A DNA stretch of 64,000 bases from Erysipelotrichaceae bacterium. Lineage in GTDB: Bacteria > Bacillota_I > Bacilli_A > Erysipelotrichales > Erysipelotrichaceae. A model generated the notes under the pieces. It did not search any database. It saw only the letters and a program-made list of their open reading frames with translations, and was not told the DNA's origin. The first letter of the stretch is position 1, and each line of letters begins with the position of its first letter. Made by a program: the position numbers and the translations under genes. The DNA lies in NCBI GenBank assembly GCA_041736705.1, contig JBGSTC010000028.1, positions 20,768 to 84,767 of the forward strand, read 5' to 3'. Positions 33,001 through 41,410 of the stretch are shown one piece after another.

Positions 33001-33336
33001 TTCCTCCTCTTCTTAATCCGCCGCCCGCGTCCTGAAGTCCAAGATGTCGTCCTCAATCCTGACGGAACGATCACGACGACTTGGGGTTACCTCGGCCCGC
33101 GTCTGATGCATAAAGATTACGACCGCGACGAATCCATCCTGGAAGTCGTCTCCGGTGAAGTCAAAGTGCTGCCTCCGGTTGAAAAAGTCCCGTACGAATT
33201 CGACCGCGGCCGTCACGAAAACATCTTCAAGACGGTATCCGACAAGAACGCCGTCATCCGTTGGACGATCAAGAAGAAAGCCGAAGAACTCGACAAAGAA
33301 TTGATCGAAAAGATGTTGAAGAAGAATCAGAAATAA
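27043..33336 (+). CDS. Giant cell-surface adhesin: signal peptide, vWA (MIDAS) domain, about 16 tandem ~95-aa cadherin-like/VCBS-type repeats, C-terminal TM and a ~110-aa cytoplasmic tail domain
   Basis: MIDAS DxSxS motif (VLVMDTSGSMS). Repeat consensus NDAPVA.DD.Y..DED..L.V…GVL.ND.D.DGD.LTA.LV…HGTLTLN.DGTFTY.P.ANF.G.DSFTYKANDG. TM LPWWWLLGLLPFLLFLI followed by RRPRPE. RBS aaaggagag before the ATG at 27043; the ORF-track start at 27025 is a GTG inside the upstream stop region. The product is 2097 aa. Confidence 0.9.
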   Translation: MHHFKKFANRVLRIMLVFGFALSTMSFPSSRVVALDPLPPGTVTVNKTAASLGGGFYEITLTITGVPVVKASDIVLVMDTSGSMSSAKMNAMKTAAKNFVDTIIARDEGHRIAIIRFSTSPSLVMDFSQNAASLKSAIDGLSANGYTHLEGGVYQARLLLDSASSIASNSNAIVVLGDGFPTRGYDFDPQYVGPLDYEIRSNGNCRVTVSNANRDNPLNYTGRYNFDYSESIYTVDTDSIWVEKSFTVGGTCSNGDYDDYDFNAEFSLADSVLWQGQQAQAAGATIYSIGLNVDATGQQILSSIANGGYYNGNTGNLDAIYDQIASQIINAGTDAVMNDKMGSAFTFQNISPGYELLDIVYDPATEVMTWDVGTIGSEPMVVKYIIKIDDGLPTGYYPTNEYAELSYTNIEGDPHGEEFPKPIIEHIVIDDNDAPVSMDDTYDVDEDGNLVVVNPNGVLSNDTDADGDSLTTVLVDDVDHGTLTLNADGTFTYVPDANFNGADSFTYKANDSQEDSNIATVTITVNPENDAPVANDDEYSTEEEALLTIPATGVLGNDTDLDGNTLTAIVVVDVAHGVLTLNPDGSFTYLPELNFVGTDSFTYKANDGTLDSNTAKVMITVGAANDAPIAVADDYEVNEDNTLVVIDPNGVLANDSDVDGDVLTAILVDDVDHGTLTLNTDGTFTYVPNANYNGTDTFTYQANDSTANSNVVTVTIAIKPINDAPVAVDNEYDTDEDVTLNVIAPNGVLTNDSDVDGDVLTAVLVDDVDHGTLTLNADGTLTYVPNANYHGNDSFTYKAYDGTAESNLVTVTITVHPVNDAPIANVDEYEVDEDSSLVVIDPNGVLENDTDAEGDSLTAVLVDDVTHGTLTLNSDGTFTYAPDADFHGTDTFTYKANDGSLDSIATTVTIIVRPINDPPVAITDTYETDEDVTLNIPAPGLLGNDYDIDSPSISVYGYAWNSFQGTPNINPDGSFSFVPYPDFVGTASITYYITDGNGGTASVAISIIVKPINDAPVANNDEYSTDEDELLTVPALGVLGNDTDIEGNLLTAIVVVGPLHGELFLNADGSFTYLPDANFQGSDSFTYKANDGSLDSNVATVTINVGAVNDAPVAVEDDYDVDEDGSLVVIDPNGVLSNDSDPDGDSLTAVLVLDVEHGTLTLNPDGTFTYTPDANFHGTDSFTYQANDGDSDSNVVTVTITVNPVNDAPVAVEDMYSVDEDETLTVVDPDGVLANDTDLDGDALNAVLVMDVQHGTLTLNPDGTFTYVPAADFNGTDSFTYKANDGDVDSNVVTVTITVDAVNDGPSATDDAYDINEDGALIVVDPNGILANDSDLDGDMLTAILDTNVQHGTLTLNADGTFTYIPEANFYGTDSFTYKAYDGTMDSTIATVTITVNPVNDPPVANNDYYVTDEDTPITIPAPGFYANDVDPDNAIYHNIYNYVNVAGYLDAPFGGGGTFTYTPAANFTGTASFFYGISDGQYSSQAYIYITVHPVNDGPAAQDDEYTIDEDTVLSVPAAGVMENDSDVDGPSLNVSLLSDVSNGTLVLNPDGSFEYTPDANFNGVDSFIYSLTDGTLTTNATVTITVNPINDAPVAEDDAYSTNEDVQLVIAAPGILGNDVDVDSIFSIEDHGQPANGTVVVQPDGSFIYTPNANFNGVDSFVYGITDGENTDTATVTITVNPINDVPSADNKTLTVAEGGAGNGLFTGLDGDGDVLTFKILTQPVNGTVSFNATTGAFTYTHNGGETTSDTFTYAVNDGKVDSAAATVAITVTPVNDAPTAAGATYTVQIGSVFSRNFIRGDADGDPLTISIVNGPDRGAVSIVGGQFTYTHDGVTLDSDTFTFRVYDGQAYSPIRTIRVNFTALPFENTAPEVTNAEFETEFETPLDETLGDLGSDFDDDDLTFTLVTQPAHGTVTLNADGTFRYVPDNDYEGDDSFTYKANDGTDDSNIATVTITVGEEIIVDPEPTPEATLPWWWLLGLLPFLLFLIRRPRPEVQDVVLNPDGTITTTWGYLGPRLMHKDYDRDESILEVVSGEVKVLPPVEKVPYEFDRGRHENIFKTVSDKNAVIRWTIKKKAEELDKELIEKMLKKNQK
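28330..32925 (+). repeat. In-frame tandem coding repeats of ~285 bp, about 16 units, inside the adhesin gene
   Basis: Recurrent nucleotide blocks such as gatgtagatggcgatgtattgactgcc…cacggtacattgacgctgaat recur at roughly 285-bp spacing. Confidence 0.85.
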
Positions 33337-33346
33337 TCGATGAATC

Positions 33347-33373
33347 GGACGCTTCGGCGTCCTTTTCTTTTTC
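33347..33373 (+). terminator. Rho-independent terminator after the adhesin gene
   Basis: Hairpin ggacgcttcggcgtcc followed by ttttctttttc. Confidence 0.75.
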
Positions 33374-33440
33374 GCTCATGCGCCTTGTTATGCGATGCAC
33401 AAGAGAGTACAATGAACTTATCCTAGAATGGAGGAAGATC

Positions 33441-35393
33441 ATGAATGATCTGATTTTATGGGCTAGTATCGCAGTGATCGCGCTTTTCGTCCTTTATCTG
33501 TTAATCTTTAAAATCTTCGGTTTACGCGTCATCAATTCCAACGAAGTCGCCGTTGTCGAACAATGGTGGAGTTCCAAGGGATCCTTGAAAGACGCCATCA
33601 TCGCCTTGCACGGGGAAGCCGGTTATTCACCGGATCTGCTGCGTGGCGGGATTCATTTCAAGTCCGTCCTCAAGTATAAAATCCATCGTTATCCTTTGAT
33701 TACCATCCCTCAGGGACAAATCGCCTATATCTTTGCGCGGGACGGCCATCCGCTGTCACCGACCCAGACTTTAGGTAAACTAATCCCCGAAGCCAACAAT
33801 TTCCAGGATGTCCGCGGATTCTTAACCAACGGCGGACAAAGAGGTCCGCAACGCGGGATCATCCGTGAAGGGACCTATGCGATCAACTTGGCGCAATTCA
33901 TCGTCATCACACCCAACGACATCAAGATGATTTCCACCGGCAACCGGTCGGAACGCAATGAAATGGTGTCGATGCAACAGACCTTGGCGGCGCGCAAAGC
34001 GTTCCAACCGGTCATCATCATGGGGAATACGGACAATACTTCCGATTTGATGGGGATCGTGACCGTCCATGACGGGTCACCCTTGGACGAAGGCGAAATC
34101 ATCGCCCCTTCCGTCGGTGAAGGACACGCCAGCTATCAAGATCCGGAAGCGTTCTTGAAACTCGGAGGAAGACGCGGTAAGCAACTTCAAGTCTTGACCG
34201 ACGGCACCTACTACATCAACCGTCTCTTCGCGACGGTCGAATTCCGTCCCAAGACGGTCGTTCCCATCGGTTATGTCGGCATCGTCGTTTCCTTCTACGG
34301 AACCGAAGGCGTCGATACCACGGGTGCGGACTACCACCATGGCGAATTGGTCGCGCAAGGGTCCAAAGGGGTCCTTGAGAAACCGTTGATGCCGGGTAAA
34401 TACGCGTTCAACACGGATGCCGGGAAAGTCGTTCTGGTCCCGACCACCAACATCATCCTGAAGTGGAACAAAGCCGAAACCGGCGACCACAAGTACGACG
34501 AAAACCTGACCGAAGTCGACATCATCACCAAGGACGCCTTCGAACCGGCTCTGCCGTTGTCGGTCGTCATGCATATCGACTACAAACAGGCGCCGTGGGT
34601 CATCCAACGTTTCGGTGACATCAACATGCTGGTCAACCAGTCGCTGGACCCCTTGGTCAGCGCCTACTTCAAAGACGTCGCCCAGACCAAGACCTTGATC
34701 GAACTGATCCAGGAACGTTCCGAAATCCGTGAACGCGCGGTCATGGAAATGCGTGCGAAATTCGCCAAGTACAACCTCCAACTGGAAGAAGTCTTGATCG
34801 GTACGCCGCGCTCCCCGGTCGCCGATGTCCAGATCGAAAACATCCTGACCCAGCTTCGTGAACGTCAGATCGCGGAAGAAAAGAAAGTCACCTACGGAAA
34901 GCAACAGGAAGCCGCCGAACGCGAAAAGAGTTTGCGTGAAGCCCAAGCCGTCGCTGAACAACAAGGTACGCTGACACGTTCCAAGATCCAGATCGAAGTC
35001 GAACACAATACCGGTGCCGCCGCCGCGGCACGTGCCGAACAAGAAGCGAACCAAATCGTTGCGTTGGCGAAAGCGAATGCGACCAGGGTACGCGTCGAAG
35101 GGGAAGCGGAAGCTTCCAAGGAATCCAACATCGGGTTGGCGAAAGCGCAAGCGATCGATGCCCAGGTCAAGGCGTATGGCGGAGCGGAATACCGCGTCAT
35201 CAACGAAATCGCGGATAAACTCGCCGATGCCATCAGCAACGCGACCGTGGACGTCGTCCCCAAGACCATCGTGAATTTCGGCGAGGCACAGGGAAACGAC
35301 AATTCGATCGTCTCTTCCTTGATGAAACTGCTGACGCTTGAAAAACTAGGGGTCAAAGTACCCGGTGTCGAAGAAGTAACCCCGAAGGAGTAA
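33441..35393 (+). CDS. Flotillin-like SPFH/band-7 protein (YqiK-type)
   Basis: N-terminal TM, SPFH domain and a long A/E/Q-rich coiled-coil (EAAEREKSLREAQAVAEQQG…). RBS ggaggaag before the ATG at 33441. The longer ORF starting at 33261 overlaps the terminator and is rejected. Confidence 0.85.
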   Translation: MNDLILWASIAVIALFVLYLLIFKIFGLRVINSNEVAVVEQWWSSKGSLKDAIIALHGEAGYSPDLLRGGIHFKSVLKYKIHRYPLITIPQGQIAYIFARDGHPLSPTQTLGKLIPEANNFQDVRGFLTNGGQRGPQRGIIREGTYAINLAQFIVITPNDIKMISTGNRSERNEMVSMQQTLAARKAFQPVIIMGNTDNTSDLMGIVTVHDGSPLDEGEIIAPSVGEGHASYQDPEAFLKLGGRRGKQLQVLTDGTYYINRLFATVEFRPKTVVPIGYVGIVVSFYGTEGVDTTGADYHHGELVAQGSKGVLEKPLMPGKYAFNTDAGKVVLVPTTNIILKWNKAETGDHKYDENLTEVDIITKDAFEPALPLSVVMHIDYKQAPWVIQRFGDINMLVNQSLDPLVSAYFKDVAQTKTLIELIQERSEIRERAVMEMRAKFAKYNLQLEEVLIGTPRSPVADVQIENILTQLRERQIAEEKKVTYGKQQEAAEREKSLREAQAVAEQQGTLTRSKIQIEVEHNTGAAAAARAEQEANQIVALAKANATRVRVEGEAEASKESNIGLAKAQAIDAQVKAYGGAEYRVINEIADKLADAISNATVDVVPKTIVNFGEAQGNDNSIVSSLMKLLTLEKLGVKVPGVEEVTPKE

Positions 35394-35395
35394 AC

Positions 35396-35770
35396 ATGCA
35401 GCAAATCCGTTTTATCGTATTCATCGCGCTGGCGATTTTGGTTTCCTTGTTCGCGGTGTTGAACGCCGAAGCGATGACGATCAATTTGATGTTCGCGCGC
35501 TATGAAGTCTCGGCGTCGATCATCATCCTGATCTCCGTCATGTTGGGATCCATCCTGACGGTCCTCTTCGGATTATCGACGCGGGTAAAGATCCATTTCC
35601 GCCAACGTGAAACCCGCAAACAGATGGATGCGATGCAGAAGCAACTCGACCTCACCGCCAAGACGCTGGAAACGGTGAAACTCAGCGAAGCGGGTTGGAA
35701 AGCGAAGTATGAAGAAGCCGTGAAGAAAGCGGACCAACCGATCATCGATCCGACAAAGAACCAGGGGTAA
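35396..35770 (+). CDS. LapA-domain (DUF1049-like) small membrane protein
   Basis: Two N-terminal TM helices and a C-terminal coiled-coil tail. Tightly linked to the flotillin gene (3-bp gap). Confidence 0.55.
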   Translation: MQQIRFIVFIALAILVSLFAVLNAEAMTINLMFARYEVSASIIILISVMLGSILTVLFGLSTRVKIHFRQRETRKQMDAMQKQLDLTAKTLETVKLSEAGWKAKYEEAVKKADQPIIDPTKNQG

Positions 35771-35787
35771 CCCGGTTCTTTTTTCTT
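35756..35787 (+). terminator. Rho-independent terminator
   Basis: Stem gaaccaggg/cccggttc followed by ttttttc; it overlaps the stop of the LapA-like gene. Confidence 0.5.
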
Positions 35788-35868
35788 GGATTTATGGGAT
35801 TCGATTGAATCACGGTTGTTTCATGGAAGAAATCTAGATACAATGAAAGCAAGAAGCGAGGATACCTT

Positions 35869-36777
35869 ATGCACGAACCAAGTCTAGTCATCTTAGCCGC
35901 CGGGATGGGAAGCCGTTATGGCGGATTGAAACAAATCGACACCGTCGGATCCAACGGGGAAAGCATCATCGATTTTTCGATCTACGATGCGATCATCGCC
36001 GGGTTCAAGAAAGTCTACCTGATTATCCGACGCGAACACGAAGAAGCGTTTAAGAAGGCGCTAACCGATAAAATCACCCGATTCATCCAGGTCGAATTCG
36101 TGTTCCAAGATTTAAGCGACCTTCCTGAGGGATATACGGTACCGGAAGGACGGGAAAAACCTTGGGGGACGACCCATGCCTTATTGGCGTGCCGCAATCA
36201 AGTAAAAGAACCTTTCGCCATCATCAACGCGGACGATTATTATGGAAGGGATGCGTTTGAAAAGATCTATAACTTCCTTAAAAACGAAGTGAAGGACGAC
36301 GCCTATGGGATGGTTGGCTACAAGTTGAACAACACTTTGACCGACGCCGGGACGGTTTCCAGGGGTGTATGCGAGGTTGTCGACGGAGAGTTGAAAGAAG
36401 TGGTCGAACGCTTGAAAATCGCACGCAAAGACGGCGGTGCGGCGTATACCGAAGATGGCGAGAACTGGACGAAACTTGCGGACGATTCGCTGGTTTCGAT
36501 GAACTACTGGGGCTTCACCCCGAAAGTCTTCGAGACCGCACGACGTCGTTTCGATCTTTTCCTCAACAGATCGCTTGCCGGTAATCCGATGAAGTGCGAA
36601 CATGTCCTTCCGACGATGATCGGGGAATGCCTGGAAGAAGGAAGCTTGACCGTGAAAGTATTGTCCTCCGCCGAACGTTGGTTCGGAGTGACTTACCGCG
36701 AAGACAAACCCGAAGTCGTCGCGATGTTGGCGAAGATGAAAGAAGACGGGAAATATCCCTTCGATCTCTGGAAATAA
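35869..36777 (+). CDS. Sugar-phosphate nucleotidyltransferase family protein
   Basis: N-terminal LAAGMGSRYGGLKQ nucleotidyltransferase signature (GlmU/LicC-like fold). Substrate not assignable. Confidence 0.65.
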   Translation: MHEPSLVILAAGMGSRYGGLKQIDTVGSNGESIIDFSIYDAIIAGFKKVYLIIRREHEEAFKKALTDKITRFIQVEFVFQDLSDLPEGYTVPEGREKPWGTTHALLACRNQVKEPFAIINADDYYGRDAFEKIYNFLKNEVKDDAYGMVGYKLNNTLTDAGTVSRGVCEVVDGELKEVVERLKIARKDGGAAYTEDGENWTKLADDSLVSMNYWGFTPKVFETARRRFDLFLNRSLAGNPMKCEHVLPTMIGECLEEGSLTVKVLSSAERWFGVTYREDKPEVVAMLAKMKEDGKYPFDLWK

Positions 36778-36800
36778 GAAAACAGGCGTACGCCTGTTTT
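36778..36800. terminator. Bidirectional terminator between convergent genes
   Basis: Perfect hairpin aaaacaggcgtacgcctgtttt. Confidence 0.7.
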
Positions 36801-36807
36801 CTCTTGT

Positions 36808-37956
36808 TTAGTTGAAGATTTTGGAGAGGAGTTCGGCGGAGATCACAAACGTTCCGACCGTGGCGAAGAGGTTCGCGAAGACCACCACCATCAAGATCCG
36901 CAAGACACGGTTCTTCCAGAACCCTTTGAGGGAGGAGGCATCGGTGTTGATCCTCAGGAAATCCTCGACCTTGGGTTTATGGACCCAGGCTTCCATCAAT
37001 CCCGCGAACCATCCGGTGGCCAGAAACGGACTCAATGCGCCAAGGGGCGCCATGACGAAGGCGGTCAGGATACTGAAGGGATGACCCAGGGCGACCATCG
37101 TACCCAAGGCGGCGAAGGTTCCGTTGATCAAGACGAAGCGGAGGATCGTATCCATCGCCAGCGAAGGGACTTTCCATACCGCCGCGACCAAGAGGACGAC
37201 AAGCAAGCCGGGGACGATGTATTGGCTAAGTTTCGATAGGTTCGACTTCTTCGGAAGTTCAAGCAAAGGTTGCAGTTCATAATCGTTGTGGATGTTCTTC
37301 AGGATCCCTTGGACATGGGCGGCCCCGACCACCGCGACGATTTTCTTGCGTCGGCTGTGTTTGAGAGAATAGGCCATCACGCGGTCGCGTTCATACACCA
37401 AGGTTTCGACGATACTTGGGAACTTACCCGAGAATTCGCTCATCATCGACGTAATCAAATCCCCTTGTTTCAGGTTCTCGATCTCGGCTTCCGAGATCTT
37501 TTCCGTATCGAAGGCGGAACCGATCAGAGCGACCAACAGGTTCCATTTATCCAACCAACGCATCGAGCGCCAGATACGCAGAAACGTGGTCTGAATGTCC
37601 CGGTCGATGCATTCCACTTTGAGATTCAACTCCGTGGCGAGCTGGATCGCGGTCCGCATCTCTTCGCCGACCCGCACATCCATCTGTTTCGCTAAACGGT
37701 CCTGATAGGAAGACAAGACGATGTTGGCTAGCAGGAAACCGACTTTCTTCTGTTTGATGATCTGCGTGATATCCATCTTCTCCCAGCTTTTCCCGTCGGT
37801 GAGCGCTTGATATCTGCCTTTGTCCAACTCGATCGCGATGGCGTCCGGTTGGACTTCCTCGACGACCCGACGGACTTCATCCGCGCTTTCCTGCGAGACA
37901 TGGGCGGTTCCGATCAAGTAGATTTCTTTGTTTTCTAGTACGATATGTTCGATCAT
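36808..37956 (-). CDS. TraB/GumN-family protein with a C-terminal membrane region
   Basis: N-terminus IYLIGTAHVSQESADEVRRVVEEVQPDAIAIELD is typical of the TraB family. Four C-terminal TM helices. Confidence 0.75.
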   Translation of the reverse strand: MIEHIVLENKEIYLIGTAHVSQESADEVRRVVEEVQPDAIAIELDKGRYQALTDGKSWEKMDITQIIKQKKVGFLLANIVLSSYQDRLAKQMDVRVGEEMRTAIQLATELNLKVECIDRDIQTTFLRIWRSMRWLDKWNLLVALIGSAFDTEKISEAEIENLKQGDLITSMMSEFSGKFPSIVETLVYERDRVMAYSLKHSRRKKIVAVVGAAHVQGILKNIHNDYELQPLLELPKKSNLSKLSQYIVPGLLVVLLVAAVWKVPSLAMDTILRFVLINGTFAALGTMVALGHPFSILTAFVMAPLGALSPFLATGWFAGLMEAWVHKPKVEDFLRINTDASSLKGFWKNRVLRILMVVVFANLFATVGTFVISAELLSKIFN

Positions 37957-38066
37957 AGCGACCTGCTTTCTTTCATCATTATAGTGAAAGTGAAAACGAA
38001 GTGCAAATGATTCTCGCCGCGTGCAAAATCCGGTGTTTCATGATACCCTAACAACAGGTGAAAAAC

Positions 38067-38795
38067 ATGAAAAGAAAACGTCCCCGCATCGCATTTTATA
38101 CAACGTTGATCGTCATTTTGATTTTCTCGACCGTGATCTATCTTGGCCGCTCCTATAAGCCTAGCCAGGAGGCGTTGGATGTCTATGACGCCACCGACGT
38201 CGTGATCGAAGAGAATTCGAAAGAAATCCAGGTTTCATCGAAATCCGAAGGAAGCGGGTTGGGGTTCTTGATTTATCCCGGTGGTTTGGTCGAACCCGAA
38301 TCCTATCTTCCCTTGGCGCGTGAAACCGCGCTACGTTTCGACAGTACGGTCGTCATCGTGAAGTTCCCGTTGAATTTCGCGTTTTTGGATTGGAAAAGCG
38401 GCATCCGCGTCATGGATAAACTCGAGATCGACCAATGGGTCCTGATCGGGCATTCGTTGGGCGGTGCGTTCGGGTCGAAGTTGGCGCCGATCGATCCGCG
38501 GATCATCGGGACGGTGTATCTGGCGTCCTATCCGGCGGATGATCTGTCGGATGAGACCTATCCTTCCTTGAGTTTGAACGCACAGTTGGACGCGGTCATG
38601 ACGGAGGCGGATTTCGCCAAGAACCGCAAGAAATTCCCCGAAAATACCGAGTTCTATGTAATCGGAGGCGCCAACCATTCCCAGTTTGGAAGCTATGGCT
38701 TGATGCGCGACGACTCGGTCGCATCGATCACGCCGACGAAGCAACGTGAAATCATTCTCGATTTCATCGCGGACTGGCTAAGTTCCCTGCGCTAG
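38067..38795 (+). CDS. Alpha/beta hydrolase with an N-terminal membrane anchor
   Basis: GHSLGG nucleophile elbow. N-terminal TM. Start chosen at the ATG at 38067 with RBS aggtg. Confidence 0.7.
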   Translation: MKRKRPRIAFYTTLIVILIFSTVIYLGRSYKPSQEALDVYDATDVVIEENSKEIQVSSKSEGSGLGFLIYPGGLVEPESYLPLARETALRFDSTVVIVKFPLNFAFLDWKSGIRVMDKLEIDQWVLIGHSLGGAFGSKLAPIDPRIIGTVYLASYPADDLSDETYPSLSLNAQLDAVMTEADFAKNRKKFPENTEFYVIGGANHSQFGSYGLMRDDSVASITPTKQREIILDFIADWLSSLR

Positions 38796-38847
38796 GGTTT
38801 TAAAAAAAGAAAATATGTTATAATAAAACAGCCAAGGAGGACGCCAC

Positions 38848-40035
38848 ATGCTGAATTATCAAACCATACAAACGATAATTACCTTGCTTAGGATGTTTTT
38901 CGACATCCTGATCATGTGGATTTTGCTTTACTATACGATAAAACTCGTACGGAATAATTCGCGGACGACGCAGATTTTCAAAGGGATCTTCCTGATTCTG
39001 CTGGTCCGCGCTTTTGCGAATTTTTTCGGTTTACAGACGGTCGCTTGGGTGGCGGACATCTTTGTCACCTGGGGGTTTCTGGCGGTCATCATCATCTTCC
39101 AGCCTGAAATCCGCGGATTACTGGAGAAACTCGGGAAGACAAGCATCTTCTCCCGCATATCCACCTTGTCCGGCAACGAACGTGTGAAACTGGTCGAAGA
39201 GATCGAAAAATCCATCGACCAAATGTCCGCAAGCCAGACCGGTGCGCTGATCACCCTTGAACAGGGACATTCCCTGAACGATTTCGTACATACCGGGACG
39301 ATCTTGAATTCGATCGTCACCTCCGAACTTTTAACCTCGATTTTCGTGACGTCGACCCCTTTGCATGACGGCGCCGTCATCATCCAAGGGGACCGCATCG
39401 CCTGCGCTTCGGCATATTTCCCGCCGACTTCCCTGGATTTACCGACCCGCTACGGGGCGCGTCATCGCGCCGCGATCGGCATCAGCGAAATCACCGATTC
39501 GATCACGATCGTCGTAAGCGAACAAACCGGACGCGTCAGCGTCGCGGTGGACGGGAAGTTGATGACCATGACGAAGGAAAGTTTGCATGAATTCCTTGAA
39601 AAGCATATCCTGCATTCCGAGAAGGAACTGAATCCGATCCGCAAGAAGGCGGAAGTCCCCGTGATCAAACTCGATGATGCGGGACAAACGATCGACGGGA
39701 TTGCTTTGGCGAAAGAGCCGAAGAAGACAAGCCGCTTGGCAGAGTTGTTTAAGTTGGAATCCAAGCCTCTCAGACGAAAGAAACCGAATGTCGTTGAAAT
39801 CAAAGAAGAGGTCAAGGAAGAAAGTAAAGAAGTCGTAAGCGACCAGGAACATCTGCTCGATGAACTCTTGGCGGATGCGACCCGGGTCCATGATCAACAA
39901 GACGAGAAGATCAAAGCCGAGGAAATCGTCGAAGTGGTCCGGGAAAAGAAGACAAAGAAAAAAGTCCAGACCGAGACGTTGGATCTTGAGGATAAGGGAA
40001 CACTTTCCGACAGTGATAAGGGAGGTGAAGCCTAA
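38848..40035 (+). CDS. cdaA: Diadenylate cyclase CdaA (DisA_N domain) with an unusually long K/E-rich C-terminal extension
   Basis: Three N-terminal TM helices. DAC domain motifs DGAVII, RHRAAIGISE and VVSEQTG. About 130 extra charged low-complexity residues at the C-terminus. RBS aaggagga. Confidence 0.9.
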   Translation: MLNYQTIQTIITLLRMFFDILIMWILLYYTIKLVRNNSRTTQIFKGIFLILLVRAFANFFGLQTVAWVADIFVTWGFLAVIIIFQPEIRGLLEKLGKTSIFSRISTLSGNERVKLVEEIEKSIDQMSASQTGALITLEQGHSLNDFVHTGTILNSIVTSELLTSIFVTSTPLHDGAVIIQGDRIACASAYFPPTSLDLPTRYGARHRAAIGISEITDSITIVVSEQTGRVSVAVDGKLMTMTKESLHEFLEKHILHSEKELNPIRKKAEVPVIKLDDAGQTIDGIALAKEPKKTSRLAELFKLESKPLRRKKPNVVEIKEEVKEESKEVVSDQEHLLDELLADATRVHDQQDEKIKAEEIVEVVREKKTKKKVQTETLDLEDKGTLSDSDKGGEA

Positions 40036-41402
40036 TGGCAAGACAAAGAGTGCAAAAGCAGAGTAAACCGCAGGAAGATAAACTGGAGTTGGCGAAAGCC
40101 ATCGCTTCACAGAGCCAGCGTGTCGCACGAACGTATGAAAACATCGAAAACACCGTCATCCGGATCATCCGTTGGTTCAGTACGGCCTTCGACAAGGTAT
40201 TGTTTAACCGATTCAGTAAATCCGTCGCCTTGATTTTGGCGATCTTCATGTATGTTTTCATCAACTATAATCTCGGGGAACTCTTCTTCGAATCGCAGAT
40301 CACGGCCGGCGGGAAGATCGACAACATCCCCGTGACCGTCATCGCCAACGACGAGGTTTATGAAATCTCCGGGCTACCGACCCAGGTCAACGCGTTGTTG
40401 GTCGGGGAGTATGCGGACATCCAGTTGGTCACCAATCAAAAAGCCTATTCCGTCGTCGCCGATCTGACCGGTTTGGTCGAAGGCACCCACGAAGTCAACC
40501 TGAGTGCGAAGGATTTCTCTTCGCGCGTCGATGTCGTGCTGCAACCTTCCACCGCCGTCGTCACCATCAAAAAGAAGATCTCCCAACAGTTCAACGTCGG
40601 ATACGATTTCGTGAACACCGACAAAATGAACCAGGAATTCGAACTCGGCATCCCGACCTTCGAGACCACCGAAGTCATCATCCGCGCTTCCCAGTCGACC
40701 ATCGAGAAGATCGGGAACGTCAAGGCCTTGATCGACGTCACCGGCGTCGACACAAGTTTCAGCCAGGATGCGATCTTGGTCGCCTATGACCAACAAGGGA
40801 ACCGTATGGATGTGGATATCATCCCGTCATCCATCTACGCTTCGGTCGTCGTCACCAACCCCAACAAGTCCGTTTCGGTCGTCATCATCCCGCAAGGGGA
40901 AATCCCCAACGGCAAAGCCATCGAGTCGATCGCGTTGGACCAACAGGCGGTGACGCTCTATGCTTCCGAATCGATCCTGCAAACGATCGATTCCATCCAG
41001 ATCCCCATCAATGTGACCACGCTGACCTCCGATACGGTGCAAGTGGCGGAAATCAACCTGCCCAGCGGTGTCCGTAAATCCAGCGTCACGCGCGTCAGCA
41101 TGAACATCAAGCTCGGCGATGCGGTGACCCGTACGATCGAGAATCTTCCGATCGACTACCGCAACAACGTGAACGGTTACCAATTCACCCTGGCGAACCC
41201 GTTGGAAGCCTACGCCAACGTCGATCTCTTCGGGACGCAATCCAATGTGGATTCCATCACCGCGGACGATATTTCCATCTACATCGACATGAAGGACGTA
41301 GGGTTGGGTGAACAAACCGTGACGCTCTACATCGTCGGAACCAACAATCTTGTACGCTATACGATTCAAAAACAAACGATCGACATCATCGTCACTAAAT
41401 AG
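40035..41402 (+). CDS. cdaR: CdaA regulatory protein CdaR (YbbR-domain protein)
   Basis: N-terminal TM followed by repeated YbbR-like beta domains. Start overlaps the cdaA stop (TAATG). Conserved cdaA-cdaR-glmM gene order. Confidence 0.85.
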   Translation: MARQRVQKQSKPQEDKLELAKAIASQSQRVARTYENIENTVIRIIRWFSTAFDKVLFNRFSKSVALILAIFMYVFINYNLGELFFESQITAGGKIDNIPVTVIANDEVYEISGLPTQVNALLVGEYADIQLVTNQKAYSVVADLTGLVEGTHEVNLSAKDFSSRVDVVLQPSTAVVTIKKKISQQFNVGYDFVNTDKMNQEFELGIPTFETTEVIIRASQSTIEKIGNVKALIDVTGVDTSFSQDAILVAYDQQGNRMDVDIIPSSIYASVVVTNPNKSVSVVIIPQGEIPNGKAIESIALDQQAVTLYASESILQTIDSIQIPINVTTLTSDTVQVAEINLPSGVRKSSVTRVSMNIKLGDAVTRTIENLPIDYRNNVNGYQFTLANPLEAYANVDLFGTQSNVDSITADDISIYIDMKDVGLGEQTVTLYIVGTNNLVRYTIQKQTIDIIVTK

Positions 41403-41410
41403 GGGGAACC

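Noticed and set aside
34077-35150. 357-aa minus-strand ORF antisense to the flotillin gene
   Set aside because: Antisense to a clear SPFH protein. Low-complexity R/G/D-rich translation with no RBS.
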